Source: Anthoceros angustus (lineage: Eukaryota; Plantae; Anthocerotophyta). Taken from it: a stretch of 64,000 bases of DNA. Position numbers and translations under genes: made by a program. This document shows, piece after piece, positions 34,447 to 48,400 of the stretch (position 1 is the first letter of the stretch; each line of letters begins with the position of its first letter). Under the pieces are notes generated by a model. It made no database searches. It was not told where the DNA came from and saw only the letters and a program-made list of their open reading frames with translations. The stretch covers positions 62,001-126,000 of the forward strand of contig MU008165.1 of assembly GCA_010909165.1 (NCBI GenBank), written 5' to 3'.

Positions 34447-36126
34447 GCCGTCCGCACCACCACCAATCTCAGCGTCCGACCCAGCCAGGATTTATACCGA
34501 CCCAGCTCCAGGAGGGAAGGGAGCGGGACGGACCCACCCGGCGCCCACTCACCACCCAGCCCACTCACCACCCAGCCCACCGACCAACCCGCACCTGTCT
34601 GCGGGTGGAAGGCACTCACACAAATTGCAACAGGAATGTATCACGGGAGGAAGAGAGGAACAGGAAGAATGAGCCGCCGCAAGAAACCGAAAAAGAAAAC
34701 AGGACCAGAGACCGAGAGAGCAGACACCACCTGCGGCTATGGCAGTTGCGGTCAAATGCGAAGATGCGAGCAAGGAAAATCAGTAAACCAAACGAGCATA
34801 TCGCAAAAGGATGGAGGGAAGCGGAGTCTCCAATTCGAGAATGAGAGAGATGTAATTTGTCTTTGTGCTGGCTTGGCTGTCATATCTGGCACGCTGATGG
34901 AGTCGAGTATGGCTGGCAGCCTGTAGGAGCCGCAATCTTGTGTGATTGGAGACTTTCGCACAGTCACGTTCGCATAAGAGCAAGTAGCATCGCCTTCAGT
35001 TTTGTCATCTTCTCACAATACGACGAAAAGAAATTGTGGGCGACTACAGGTATTAGTGTCTCAAGTCAGACAGATATGCTCAGATCCCATTTGACGAAGT
35101 AAATTGTGATGGCTTGTTGGCAGTGGTATAAGGCCACTTGGGCTGGTATCGTTGCACAGGATCATACCCAAGACCTTGGGTTGAACTCTACTTGGATATG
35201 TGCACTTTTGATATGGTGTTGGGAAAACAAAGACATGTCCAAACTGTGCCGATAAGAAGCGAGGAATCTGCTTTTGGTCCTAGATTGTCGCAAAAACAAA
35301 TAAAAGGCGGGCGCCGGATTGAAAAGGAGTGGAATTTTGGAAGTGTGTGATGTGAGGAGGGATCTTGCCTGTTTCTGTTTCTTGGCAGCATGCATTGATG
35401 GCCGCCTGGTTCACAGCGCGGATTGTGAACTTGCGAAAATGACGGCCCTGTTGTAGAATAAACATGTGGCGTGCTGTGCGTTGACATTTGCAGTGGGGTG
35501 ATATTTACATCGGGGGAGGTTGGTGATAGCATACCTCCTATAGGGTCACAAAACGGAAGAACCAAGTACCTAAAGGGTCACAAAACGGCAGAACCATTAA
35601 TGAATGCTGGCTCGTGAGAGAAGTTAGGGATGTACAACAAAGTGAGACGGAATCAGAATGTAGTACAAGGGAGCCGGACAAAGCAGGTGGTGGATCGTAC
35701 AAAGTCAAAGGACCCACACAACAGCAATAGTTTACAAGGTGGCAGGAAAACAGCAGCAATACTTTACAAGGTGGCTGGAAACAGCAACAATACTTTACAT
35801 GGTGGCAGGAAAAAATGTTTCTTACTGCGGATGTGGACAAACTGGCTTGACTCGTCGATGCTCCCGATGTCCTGGCAGGCACGATGGTTCTACCCTGCAA
35901 GTCAGCTCTGGCCAGAGGACTCATATCTGCCCATCCCTGTGCGCAAAGTGGGACAAACTTTGTGGAGCCCTGCTTGAGTGCCAGGCTGACGGTCAGGTCG
36001 TGGAGCTGGAGAGCACACTGTGACAGTCAGAAGGCAGCTTGGGTGCGTTGGGTGAAGAGACTTACGTGATGGGGTGTGGGAAGATGGTGACCTGACACGG
36101 AGCCCGGAGGCTGGTTCCAGCTTCCG

Positions 36127-39100
36127 CTATCTGGGTGACAGAGGCTTGAAGAAGCGGAGGATTCCGGAGTTGGGCGCTGATTGCTTCAGGCTCTGCTTCT
36201 GCTTTTGATGACCCTTTGTCCTGTTCCCCTGTAACTCACGCATGGAGCCTTTCACCGCTGGCCTGGTAGCTGCCACCACCTTGACCAGAGGTTTGGACAC
36301 GTGGTTCTGATGATGACCTGGAAGCCAAGCTTTTGGGGAACCGAACTCTGGGCCTCGCTGGGAAGGGCTGGCTGATGTTTCGATGTGAAACAGGGTTTGC
36401 CCTGGTGCAGAGGATGCCACACCTGGGGGGTAAGGGAAAGGGAGCACCTCACGGTGGTGGGTGAGATATGACATGACGGAATCCGAGCTCTGCTGGGAGA
36501 GATATTGAGGTTGGAAGGATGCTTGAGTGGTGCACTCCATTGCTGCTGCTGGGTCCTCCTCCCTTGCCTGCTTCCCTTCATTCTCCTTGAAGCCGGATTT
36601 GGAGGCCCCTGAGTCTTCCTCAGCCTGCTCAACTGGTCTTGCCTTTTTGAATGGATTGTTGTCTGGGAGTGGTGAGAGGAATCTCTTCTGCCCGTTGTAG
36701 TCCTGCAGAGCACTGCTCGTTCGGGATCTAGCCTTCGTAGCCAAGAGCTGCAGTTGCGCTCTGAATGAAGGATCTGCTTCCTCCTTGCAAGAGGCAGCTC
36801 GGGCTTGGCTCGCTGTCAACATTGGCAGTGTTGGATGTAACTGACTCTCTGGAAAAACCAAGAGCGATGAAAAGTAGAGGAGATTTTCAGTTCTGTACCT
36901 GGTTCGGGGATGTCAGACGATGTATTGGTAGAGACGGATCTGGTTGTTGTTGACAAGAAGGTAAAGGGCCCTCTTTCAGACCTGGATACTTGCTCCGTCT
37001 GCATTGACAATCAAGCATGAAATCGTTTTGTGCTACTCAAGATAGTAGATCCTGAAAGTGTGTAGGCGTCCTGATAAGAGCAGGATTCACCTGCAAGTGC
37101 TTGACTGGAGGACGGAAGAAGCCCGGGCCCGGCTTTGAATTGGGAAAGCTCTGGAAGCCATGCCATGTGATGGGATCGACAGACCCCTTCGCAATACCTT
37201 TGGCTAATGACTGTGACAATTCTCTGCAAGGAGATGGTTGAGGCGTTCTCACAAAATGCTTGAACCCAAAAACTCTGCAATCAAGTAAAGATGAAAGAAA
37301 TCTGCTGTAGGATACGGTCCCAAAAAGTCAGTGCCAGCACTACACTTGTCCTCGAAGTCTTCTGGAAGGGGGTTGAGAAAGTCCATTACACACTTCGTGC
37401 CGTCATATCTGAGCAACAGCAACATCATAGTTTTAAGACAATGCACATGGGCAACCCAGACGAAGAACCTGTGCCCTCAGTGCCCAGCAAGCTTGACTTA
37501 CACTCTAGCATGAAGGAATATGGCTCTTGCCTGCCAAAACTGTGAGACATATCCTTCTGGAACAGTGATCTTGTGTTCAGTCTCTATCTGCGATAAAACC
37601 TGAGGCATGAAGAGCATCAGTAACGGCACCCATAAGATAATCTTGGGAAGGTACCTTTGCAAACACGCCTGCCTACAACCAACAGGATGCATTACCCGCT
37701 CAAGGTTACAATATTTAGCTACTATTGAATAAGCTTTCATAATTCCAATTCCTGGAATCGATGGCAGGAAATCACAGCCAGCAAGTACGCACATACCTGC
37801 TGACAGTCCAAATTATCATATTAGAAGGGAAGAACTCCACAGCAGGGAGAGAAGGCTTTTCGCATACCTCAGGCACAGAACTGACTCTTCGAGTATAGCA
37901 GAAAGATTATCATAGAATGAGGAGGGACTGCAAACCTAGAAACAAGTCTTGGGTAAACCTCTGGAACGATAGATTGCTGCCAGACACTTTGCCTAAGTTG
38001 AAGACCTGGGCAAGTGAAATCTCCTCCCCGTTTCCAAACTTGTCCATCTTGAAGATGACCTACGCCAGCATGGCACTAGTTATACTTCAAATCTTGGGAA
38101 GGTGGGTTGTTTGCACAACGATCTTTGAATGCTGCAGGCGAATACCCGTGGACAACCATACGCTAGCAAATCGCTGTCTTCACTCAGGACAGCTGCCACG
38201 CCTCCAGACTCAGCAGGTAGTTTGGCCAGCCATGCTAGCTGTGCATCTGCTTCATAGGGTGCAACCACAAACTCGACGCCGTTGGCCTTCAAAACCTGAT
38301 TATACACGGAAGGAGGTTGGTATCCGACAGAAACACAGATGCTTTGAGACATTGTTCTATGCACGAGACATCTCTGTTACCCTGATGAGTTCGTGCGCCA
38401 TCAAAGGTGTAATTTCTACAGCTCTCTGCAGAGAATGACATACATGTCAGTCAGTGCAGAACTGCATGCCCAGGAATCCTGCTCAAGCCTCGAATGAATG
38501 CCCAAATCCATCATTACTGCAACACCTGAAAGAGCTCAATAGCTCCACTAAGATCTCCATTTTGCTTTTTCTTCCGAGCCAGCTCCAAATTCACTTGCCT
38601 CTGCCTGCACAAGGTGCAGTATTTAAGTATCTTCGGCACGCTGTATGTCGAGGTGTGTATGACTGAGTACATTATGGTATGCTGACGAACCCACCTCTGC
38701 CGTTCGCGCTCTGTGCCAGCCTTGAGAGGAAGACGCCCACCATCAAACACCATCACAGGTATCACCTTGTGATACTTCAACATATTGATCCGGTGCATAC
38801 AGTAGTTCACATATTTGAGCTTGGCTGGGTCCTGGGATGCCTCTAAGCCTGACTGCTCACAGAGCTCCATGCTGCAAGAGTATGCTGCTTGCAAGAAGCA
38901 GTTTTGACCAGAATGCATCAGCACAGTCCCTTAAGAATCCATCCATTGGAGACTTCACAAACGTACAAAATGTTCAGAGACCTCCTTTGTGAAGCCAAGA
39001 ATATGCATCGATGCCCACCTACAACCATAGAATTAAGGCTCACAAGTCAGAGACATGCAACAGACCCTGTTTCACCTCTTCCAAGAGCCTAAGCTCTGCA

Positions 39101-39203
39101 ACGTACTAGAAACATTGCTACCCACCCGCTGGCCATTGTACTTCTTCACATGCACGGGCTGAGTGAAGGGCTTCAAAGCCTTCAGAAGGCCTTGAATCCC
39201 CAT
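36127..39203 (-). CDS. EXO1: Exonuclease 1 (XPG/RAD2 family), multi-exon
   Basis: ATG at 39203 gives [12 protein letters not shown]...[12 protein letters not shown]...[16 protein letters not shown]...[13 protein letters not shown]...[11 protein letters not shown]...[19 protein letters not shown]. The low-complexity tail ends [11 protein letters not shown]. Confidence 0.93.
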
Positions 39204-39383
39204 CTCAAAGCCTGTCAACAATGCGTCCTTCCTTTACAGCTTCTCCTCACAGCGTAAAGATCAAGACGCGGCTTGTCAGGGACAACGCGAGTGTTCGAGG
39301 CTCCGCATTCTGCATTGCGAATGGAGGGTGGCAGCCCGGCAGGCAGGCAGTTCCTGATTGTTTGAAGGAGGGAGACTTTGAAT

Positions 39384-39391
39384 TTTCCCGC
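39384..39391 (+). promoter_or_regulatory. E2F-type site in the divergent EXO1/BASS promoter
   Basis: Exact TTTCCCGC ~180 bp upstream of the EXO1 ATG. Confidence 0.5.
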
Positions 39392-39657
39392 CCAACTCTG
39401 ATTCCTGTGGGTCCAGGTAACCCGACATCGAGTTTCACCGCGTCCAACAGGCAGTTGTTTTCGCTGGTCGCACGGATGACAGATCCTCCCCTGCCCTTGC
39501 GTTCCTGACAACACTGTTGGGTTCCTTCGGTCGAAAGGTAGTCCGAGCTATGGATTTGATCGTCTTTGTCTCAGCTGGAAGCTTAACAAGGACGGGGGCT
39601 GCGATCCGGGCGGCTTTTGCCGTAGGGGGACAGCAACAGGACTGAAACCAGGCAGCT

Positions 39658-41114
39658 ATGAGGACTGTCTCCATGCAATCCGGTACCATAGCCCGCAATT
39701 GCGTTTCCTCCTCGCCACCGGCAACCTTGAAGTCCTCTGTCATCCGTGCCGCGACACGAATCCAGTTCCCGGGAGCTGATCTTGTAATCAGAAATGGGTG
39801 TTCTGTTAGATTGTGGGCTTGTCGGGCCATCTTTCATCCTATCCCGTTGCAGAGCAGGGCAATACCTGGCTCTCTGGCTGTCAATCGCCAATCCGGCGGT
39901 AGAGCAGATCTGAAGCGACTGGCCAGAACCCAGCTGGATGCTCTCAGCAATGATGGTCTGGGTGAGGAAGCTGCTGAGAATGGGTGGCAGCAGAAGGCTG
40001 CGGAATTGGGCGAGTTTCTGTCCTCGGGATTCCCCGTGTGGGTGGCTGTTGCGTCTGCTGTGGCCTTGATCAGGCCAGAATCCTTCTTCTTTGTGACTCC
40101 CCAGTTCCAATTTTTCGGCATCATTTTCACCATGCTGGGGATGGGGATGACAATGTCCTTGAACGATTTCCAAGGAGCAGTTGCCATGCCTAAGGAGCTC
40201 ATGGCTGGAGTGGCGCTGCAGTATATGGTCATGCCCTCTGCAGGATATCTCGTATCCAAGCTGCTTCAGCTGCCAAGCCATTACGCAGCGGGCCTGATCC
40301 TGGTGTCCTGCTGTCCTGGTATGCGCTGCATTTGTGTCTGGTTCTTGCACATCCTGTTTTAGCCCGTCCTGATCCAAACTTGTGGATGGATGCTGCAGGT
40401 GGCACAGCCAGCAACATTGTGACCTACCTTGCCCGTGGTAATGTGGCCCTCTCAGTGCTCATGACGGCAGCAAGCACTTTCATGGCCGTGGTCATGACTC
40501 CTCTGCTCACAGCCAGGCTCGTGGGACAGAATGTGGCTGTCGATGCAGGCGCTCTTTTCAAGTCCACACTACAAGTGGTGCTGCTTCCTGTGTTAGCAGG
40601 GGCACTCATGAACCAGTTCCTGCCTAAGCTCGTCCGCAGAATCTCTCCTTTTGCACCCCCGGTTGCAGTGATCACCGTGGCCTTGATATGTGCTGGTGTT
40701 ATCGGACAGAGTGCTCAAGCAATTCTTTCCTCTGGAGGACAGGTCAGTTCCTGCTTGTCTCTTTGCCAAGCAAGGTGCATTTCACATCTTTCCTAGGCCT
40801 GGGACAGCGTAATTTACAAGCTCTTGTGATGCTTGATCAAGCAGGTCCTCATAGCAGTGGCATTACTTCATGCTGCGGGCTTCCTTGGTGGCTATGTCCT
40901 CTCTCGCCTGCTTGGATTTGACGAGCCTGTGTGTCGTACAGTCTCCATAGAGGTGGGCATGCAGAACTCCATCCTGGGGGTGGTGCTTGCCGGAAAGCAC
41001 TTCAGCAACCCCTTGACAGCTGTTCCCTGCGCTGTGTCCAGTGTATGCCACTCCATCTTCGGCAGTGCCCTTGCCGGACTGTGGCGACTGAAGCCAGTAG
41101 ATTCGACCAAGTAG
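39658..41114 (+). CDS. BASS: Plastid bile acid:sodium symporter family transporter (BASS1/2-like); 3 exons
   Basis: Transit-peptide-like N-terminus; FPVWV, MLGMGMTM, GLILVSCCPG|GTASN, TVSIEVGMQNS. GT-AG introns at 40319-40398 and 40743-40844 are in frame. Confidence 0.93.
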
Positions 41115-41689
41115 GTTGTTTAGAGAGACATGTCTGTGACGCTGACGCATTTCCACTTGCATGAAATTGAACATAAGTTACAAACTCCTGGTTTGTACTG
41201 CATGTAACACTCCCTACACTGTGGAAAATCGGCTACTGTCCCGTTATCCACAAAGATAGCTGGAGTGCAGCTATCTTCCGAGACATTGGGAGCTGGAGTG
41301 CGTCCATCTTCACGAAACAGCTGATTCGGCTGTAAGGTACTGGAAGATCCACAACAAGCGAGATAGATACCCACGGTGCAAGAAGACTAGAGGACAATAG
41401 GGTTGGAAGGATACGAAGAATAATTCATAAGGTAACGTACAGAACGCAATTGAGAATCTTACTTCCCTCACTGTAAAAGCCGAACTCTCTACACTGTAGT
41501 ACGGCTAACGAGGCTCCACCAGTGTTTCCTATACAGCTCCGACCCCGCTCTCCACAATCGCGTACAGGAGCTGCACTGCAAGCGCTAAAATGCCCCCGTT
41601 ACCTACCTGGCCTTGTCCTATCGTAACTGCCAACCGGCGTGGCTCCCATCAAAACCTCCGAAGAAGCTACCCGCTCTTCAACCAAAGCA

Positions 41690-42800
41690 TCACCGCTTTG
41701 GTTTCCCTCTGTCAGGGTAGAAAATGTCATCCAACTTCCCCTTGACGGCGCCAGCCACTCGTTCGGAGTTGCGCACCACGGCTGAAGCCACCAGCTTCGC
41801 ACAACGTATAAACCTGCTATACCACAACTTTTTGTCAATCACACGTCCACCATCAACAAACCCATACGTCAAAAAGCTGGAGCTTATGAATTCGATCCAG
41901 TACAAAACGTTAGACCACCTTGAGGGAAACTCGTCATCAGCCAGGGGAGGCCGATGTTGATGTGCAGAGTTGGGTTGACCTGTAGCAGCAACACCGTAAG
42001 CTGAAACTTCGTAAATGGGCAACGTCAAGAAAAACAAAAACCTCCATCGTGAAACAGCCCATGACATCCACGTCGCACACAACGGTACAGTACGTCTATT
42101 CTACCTGCGTTATCTCTCCAGGCATCCCGTTGCAGCTCTGGATTCGGATGTCCATGCTGTCCGACTTGGTATTGCTCCTCTGCTGGAGAGGATCCACGAG
42201 GAGCTCGCTTGTCCACCAAGAACTACCAAAGACGGGGGACAAAATCTCAGCAAATGCATTCATCTATTCCTCCGCAAAACCACAGCATCCTAAAACCACA
42301 ACGTCCAACCACAAACCTCACCTCCAATCCCACACACACAGGCAGCTCTGCCTGCCCTTCAGCCGGCAGTGTGGGAGACACAGGGACACTGGTGTGCTCC
42401 TTGTGGCTGGAATATCCGAGACACGCGTACTTAAAATCCCCTAACCTCTTCCCATCCTTAGTCACCTCCCACTCTGTCTCCCCCATCATGCTGTACCCTG
42501 AACCAACATCAAAAGTGAGCATACCACACCGGACGAAGCAGACCCCCTGACCACATCATCCATGCCTCCATCACCTTGCGATTCCGCCCGACTCAAGCCA
42601 ATGCAGATAGGATTCCGACCGGAGTCCCTCAACGTGTTGGAGTAGAACAGGCATCCTCTGCAGCTTCTGCTCTTGGGCTCCACGGACGGATTCTCCTTCC
42701 TATCCGAACTTAGGGTTGCAGGGGTTGTCCTCTTGGAATCGTTCTCCGCCACGCCATAGAGCGACGCCGTGCTGCCTGGTGCAGCCCCAGGATCATCCAT
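41690..42800 (-). CDS. Conserved plant protein of unknown function with a Cys-containing N-terminal domain; about 5 exons
   Basis: RSCRGCLFYS...RNPICIG; GETEWEVTKDGKRLGDFKYACLGYS; LPVCVGLE; C-terminal AKLVASAVVRN...LDDIFYPDRGKPKR*. GT-AG junctions checked at 42575/42497 and 42322. Confidence 0.75.
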
Positions 42801-43289
42801 ACCTAAGAGACGGCAGCCCGCGCGGGAGGGTCAAGTGCGCCACAGCAACGCATGCTCAAGGCACTCGACTCAAGCGGCAATGCAACCATACACGGGCGCT
42901 GCAGCGTGAAGCCTTGCTTGACACCTCTCAACATCTACGGTGATGCCAACGGTCAGTAAGCGCAACAAGAGGGCTCCATCCCCAAGCTCTCAGCTGCCGC
43001 TCCTTGCACATCGCGACTGCACACGGCCATGGATGCAAAATTACCAGGAAGATTTGTGCCTGCTTTCGTGTGTGTTCAAGGGACGCTCGCCTGTGTTGTT
43101 TGCGTTCCTCGCGCGTGAAACTGTACGCCGCCAGCTAATAAGGGCGGCCAGCCCTCTCATGTTATAACGCTTAACTTTGTTTTACTTTATTAAAATACCT
43201 GCCTTGGCACGTTCTCTAGTCTCTAATGCTAACTTTGTCTGCTTTGCGACCGTCATATGAAGAAAATTCTACTCGGCTTCTCACGCACA

Positions 43290-44830
43290 ATTTATAACGT
43301 TAGAAGCTAAGCTTTGGACAGTCTTACAAGGAAAAAGGAATCTAAAATGAAAGTCCCGTAAAGTAACGGCAAGGATGAAATAAGGTAGAAAGGTGAAAAG
43401 TTGAAAGAAGTAAAAAGATTTACAACTTTAGAAGCTAAGCTTTGGAAAGTCTTTAAGGAAAAAGGAATTCAAAATGAAAGTCCCGTAACCTCAACGGCAC
43501 TGGTGAAGAAGAGGCTGAAGACGCAGCAATCTCCTGCCGATCATCCGCCTCAACCGCCTGAAGATTCATCATCGTCAGAACAAGAGGAAGTGAGGCCGAG
43601 AAACCTGAGGCCCATCGGAGAAGTCAGAGGACCAGAAGCAACAGATGGTGGAAGTACTTTATCAAGTTCTTCCAGGTGTCTTGGACGACGTGATGACTTC
43701 AAGGAAGATGACAAACTGCATCACTTCATGGCTGGTTTGAAGGATTGGGCTGCTAATAAAATTGAGTTGCGTAGTCCAACTACATTGGCAGAGGCCATTA
43801 CGGATGCCATTCGGATACTTTTCATTACGGTACATCCAACTCCTCCGGAAGATTTCGAGGATGCAGTGGTCGGTATGCCCGGACTGAGGAAGCTCTAATA
43901 GTGCCGGTAGGCTGCTAAGGACACTGGCGGAAATGGAATTGCAAGAGGCAATTCAAGAGGAAATTTCCGTGGAAGAAAACGAGGAGCGCGCAGAGGCCTC
44001 GGAGCTCGAGGAGAAGTCGAATGGGTTCTCGAAAGGTCTATCATGTGGGCCGGGACATCATGCAAATGAATGCCCGAGTGCTGAACAGACTCTCAACATA
44101 GCAGAAGGAGATCCACAGCCCCGAAGACTCAGGATTATGGAAATGGCGGATCAGGGATCCCAAGTGGCGGATCGGCCACATGTTGCGAGGCATGTGGTGA
44201 GTCTCAGTCTTGAGGCGGCACTATTCGGGCGGGTGGAGAGCTCATGTACATACATGGATGTCTCTATGGAGCAGACGCGAGGATGTTGCTTGACTTAGCA
44301 GCAACACATAATTTCATTTCTCTTAGCAAGGCAAGCAAGCTTGGTTTGACATGGGCTAGTACATCTGAGCCATGTAGAGTGAAACAAGCTAAAGGAATGC
44401 TGTAACACATAGGTGAATTGCAAGAAGTGCCGTTGCAGATAGGGAATTGGAAAGGAGTAGTGAGCTTCACAGTTGTAGATATGGATGATCATGAAATCAT
44501 CTTGGGCTTAGAATGGATGAAGGCCAACAAGGTATGTGTGAACGTGGACTCACGCACCATATAGATCTTAGGAGATAAAGAGCACAAAGTGAGTTGTGCA
44601 GTTCTCAAGCAGAGGCTTGGAGACAATATTGATGATATCATCTCTAAGAAAGAGCTCAAACGTTGTGTAAAGGATGGAGAGGAACTCTTTTTACTTATGC
44701 TGCAAGGACTAGAAGATGGTCCTGAGATGGAGTCTCAGGAGCAGCCAAAGATTCCAAGGGAAGTGCAGGCTGTCTTGAATGAGTTCAAGGACTTGATGCA
44801 TGATGAGTTGCCAAGAGTCCTCTTTAGACA
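43290..44830 (+). mobile_element. Degenerate Ty3/gypsy (chromovirus-like) 5' part: short LTR-like repeats, gag, zinc knuckle, protease
   Basis: LTR-like repeat at 43290-43490 (partly doubled). Fragments DDKLHHFMAGLKDW...PTTLAEAI, CGPGHHANECP, PLQIGNWKG...HEIILGLEWMK and EVQAVLNEFKDLM; RT/RH absent. Confidence 0.8.
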
Positions 44831-44904
44831 GCTCTTTATTTGTGGCTGTAGCAATTCCTCTCTAACAAGAGATTGCATGAAGCATGCAACACATGCATCT
44901 TCTT

Positions 44905-45440
44905 AACAGGGCAGTTCCTAACTTAGCTTTTTACCTCTTTCAACTTTTCACCTTTCTACCTTATTTCACCAGTGCCGTTACTCTCTCCCCCACTGGGAAG
45001 ATGTCATTGTCCTCAATGACCTCCAGTGTAACGCGAGATCATCCATGATCCTTGTTGCACATCTTCAAGTGAAACCCAGGCTGGATCTACATAACCACGA
45101 AGCCTTACCAAATCCTCTGGTACATTACCACGGCCAGCAGGCGCTTCTCTCTCTGCCAGGAATTCAACAATTTCCCGCAGACCTTGATTGTGTTGAACTA
45201 GGATGACATAATCCTTCCTGTTCATATCGTCATTCTCTTTCGAAATCACAAATGGTTTCAACAAAGAGACATAAAGCACATTATGAGAGAAGATCCATTT
45301 AGGCAGCTGTAGTTTGTAAGCCACATCTCCAATACGCTTCAGAACTACGAAAGGTCCTCCATACTTAGGCCTTAACTTTGAGATCAGCCCTTGTGGTAGT
45401 GGGAAATTCTTCAATTTCACCCACACTGTCCGAATAGAAC
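44905..45440 (-). mobile_element. Ty3/gypsy 3' part in the opposite orientation: integrase C-terminus, chromodomain, PPT, truncated LTR
   Basis: VWVKLKNF...KLRPKYGGPFVVLKRIGDVAYKLQLP...VSLLKPF, then chromodomain-like EIVEFLAER...LVRLRGYVDPAWVS. PPT GGGGGAGAGAG at 44981-44991. The LTR stub is the reverse complement of 43363-43420. Confidence 0.8.
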
Positions 45441-45479
45441 CATGGCCAGAGTGCAAGAGAAAAACGAAGCACGATCTAA

Positions 45480-48400
45480 TTAAGAGCATAAACAATGAAT
45501 ACAAAAATAGTGTCTTAGTTGGTCTTATGTACTAAACGTCTAGGCAACCCTTCGCTAAGTGATCTTTGGATAAATAACCCTTTCATAATTAACCCAGCAG
45601 GTTAACCCTAAGCGAGGTAAGATTATTTTAACCGTAACACCCTCCCTTAAGCGAGACGAGCTTAGGAAAGAGCATCCAAGCAACGGGGCCGGACAATCAC
45701 AAGGGAAGCGCGTAGCATAAGCCTTTAGCTCCATCGACAGCACTCAATTGCGCCAGCTGATCGCCATGGCTACAAATATGTCACCAGCCTGCGTTGCGCT
45801 CCTCACCGCTCTGTGCATCTGTATGCTTGTCGGGATTCTGGTGATCACGATGCAGACCAGAGATGAACAACAAGGGGCGGCAGCTGGAAAAAGCGCTGTA
45901 CAAGCCAGGGGATCAAGCAGAAGGAATAGGCAGAGAAGGTGGCGGCGGCAGCAGCAGAGGGAAGATGAGGACTGGGACGAACACCATCTGTTGGGCTCGA
46001 GTGTCAGCATAGGCGGATGGAAGATCTGCCTGAACATTAGTCTCTGCTGGAGCGCCCCAGTGAAGGATGAGGAGCCTAAGGAGGATGTCGGTGACAAAGC
46101 TGGTTTGATCAAGCCTCTCCAGGAAGCTGTTGAGCTTCTCCATAGGTTGAAGAAAAACGAGACGGAGCGGGAGTAAGCAGCAATTAAGGTGATTAGGTTG
46201 TCGTGGAGCTTCATCCACCTGTTGCTGAGCTTGGTGTTACTGCTGCTACCATCAACTAACCCTCCCTGTCACCTTACTGTAGGTGTTTGAAGCAGGGACA
46301 TAGAGCTGCTAGAGAAAACAACAACATCTGAGGACGGAAGGCCTCACCCGTAAGTGCTCCTTTCACTTTGGCTTGAAGTACTGCTGATAGTCAATCAGAC
46401 CTAGTCCCTCCATGTGTTTCAGATGTTTGTCCTTGCGTAGTGCCTTCAATAGGATGTCTGCTGTGTTTTCCTCTGTGGGGACATAGAGAATCTTGACTAT
46501 CCCCCTCTCAGCAGCATCCCTGACATAATGGTGGTGTACTTCTATGTGTTTCGTACGAGCATGAAAACGAGGGTTGGCAACCAGGGCAATGGCAGATTGA
46601 TTGTCGCACAAGAGGTGAGTGGGTCCTTCATGTGGTTCACCAATGTCTTGGAGGAAAGCACGTTCCCATTCAACTTCTTTTGTGGCATCTGTACAGATGC
46701 CACAAAAGACTGCATGTTAAGGACTTATATTCGGCCTACTGTCTTTGGGCCGAGCAATCTTGATACTTTTGCAGCTCCGGTTGTGACTTGGGATAGGAGA
46801 AAAGCATATGTTGACAAGCTTTTACGAGAATCATTGTCCGAAGCCCAGTCTGCGTCGGTGAAGCCCTGTAAAGATAAGTGTCCTTGTCCACTACTCCTGT
46901 AGCAGAGCCCTGTGTAATGTGTCCCTTTTAGATAGCGGAAGATACGTTTAACGGTTGTCCAGTGTGCATGACCAGGGTGCTCCAAAAACTGTGATACTGT
47001 GCTGACCGAGTGTTGTATATCTGGACGTGTCCAGTTGCTAACAAAAATTAGGCTTCCAACAGCATGACGGTAAGGAACGTCCTGCATGTCCAGTTGGTCA
47101 GCTTCTGTGGTAGAGCACTCATATCGTGTGAGCTTTGCACCCACGGCACCTGGGGTAGTAGCTGGATGAGCTTGGCCCATGTTAAACTTGTGTAGAATTT
47201 CTGCTATGTATTTGTGTTGATGGATAATGAGCAACCCCTCAGAACGAACCCTCAATACTTGAATACCTAAACAGAATAGAAGGTCTCCACTATCAGTCAT
47301 TTCGAAAGTTTGTCCTAACATGTTTTTGACTTGTGCTAGCAGGGCTGTATCATTGGCGGCAAGGATCACGGACGGTCCACATAAAGGGCAAGAATCACGT
47401 AAGTTGCACCTTTCTGTAGGACATATACATTAGAATCTGCTGCACATTGACAAAAGCCGAGGGCTTTGAGAGCCTTGTCACATCGTTTGTACCAGCGTTC
47501 AGCACTTTGCTTTAAACCATATAAAACATTTAATGAGTGACACGTGGTCGGTGTCACGGGATCCGCATAACCTTACAGGCATTCCATATCTGATTCTTCC
47601 TCAAGAATGCCATGCAAGAAAGCAGTGCAGACGTCCATTTGCTGTAATTCAATATCATACTCAGCTGCAAGGGCAAAGTTAAGGCGAAGAGACTGAGCAC
47701 GAACGACTGGAGAAAAAGTCTCCTGATAGTCAAGGCCTGCAACTTGCGTGAAGGCTCGAGCACAGCTAGAGTCGTGCTTTGTATCTTGCTATTTGTCCAT
47801 CTGCATTGAGCTTATATGCTTGAATACCCATTTGCATGTGATAGGCTTCCTGTTAGCAGGTCTGGGAACTAAACGCCATATCCCATTTTTATTTAAGCTG
47901 TTGTACTCGTCATCCACTGCAAATTTCCATTTCTCTTTGTGAGGACCAGTAAAAGCTTTAGTGAGATTAACTGGTTCTGGTGGAACAAGTGGAGTAGAGA
48001 TAACAGCTCCTACATAATGGCGAAAGTCAACAGATTGATATCTGGGTTCTTTCCATTCTGAAGGTGGAGGCCTGTGGCGAGATGATCGACGTGGGCCATC
48101 ATTGTTCTCTGAAGGAGCCATGGCCACAGGGGGGGGATGAGCATTAGCAGGCTGGAGATCATAAATTCCAGGTAAATCAATGTGATCATCGGTTTGCCGC
48201 TGCTCATGGATTCGCTCATCCGAGGTTCATCCTCATCGGTGGCAAAGGTGCTGGTTGAGCATAATGATTAGCATCCAGGTCATCTGGAGGATGTAGGTCA
48301 GCTAAGTCTTCAAGCATATGGTGATGCCCATCAACATCCTTAGGATATAAGGAAAACAGTCCAGCAGGTTTGTCAAGTTCATCAGTGATGCTGGCAGCTT

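Noticed and set aside
1-39203. RPA1 and EXO1 as a DNA-resection gene cluster explaining the tandem duplications
   Set aside because: They are 32 kb apart with unrelated genes between; no evidence of functional clustering or causation.
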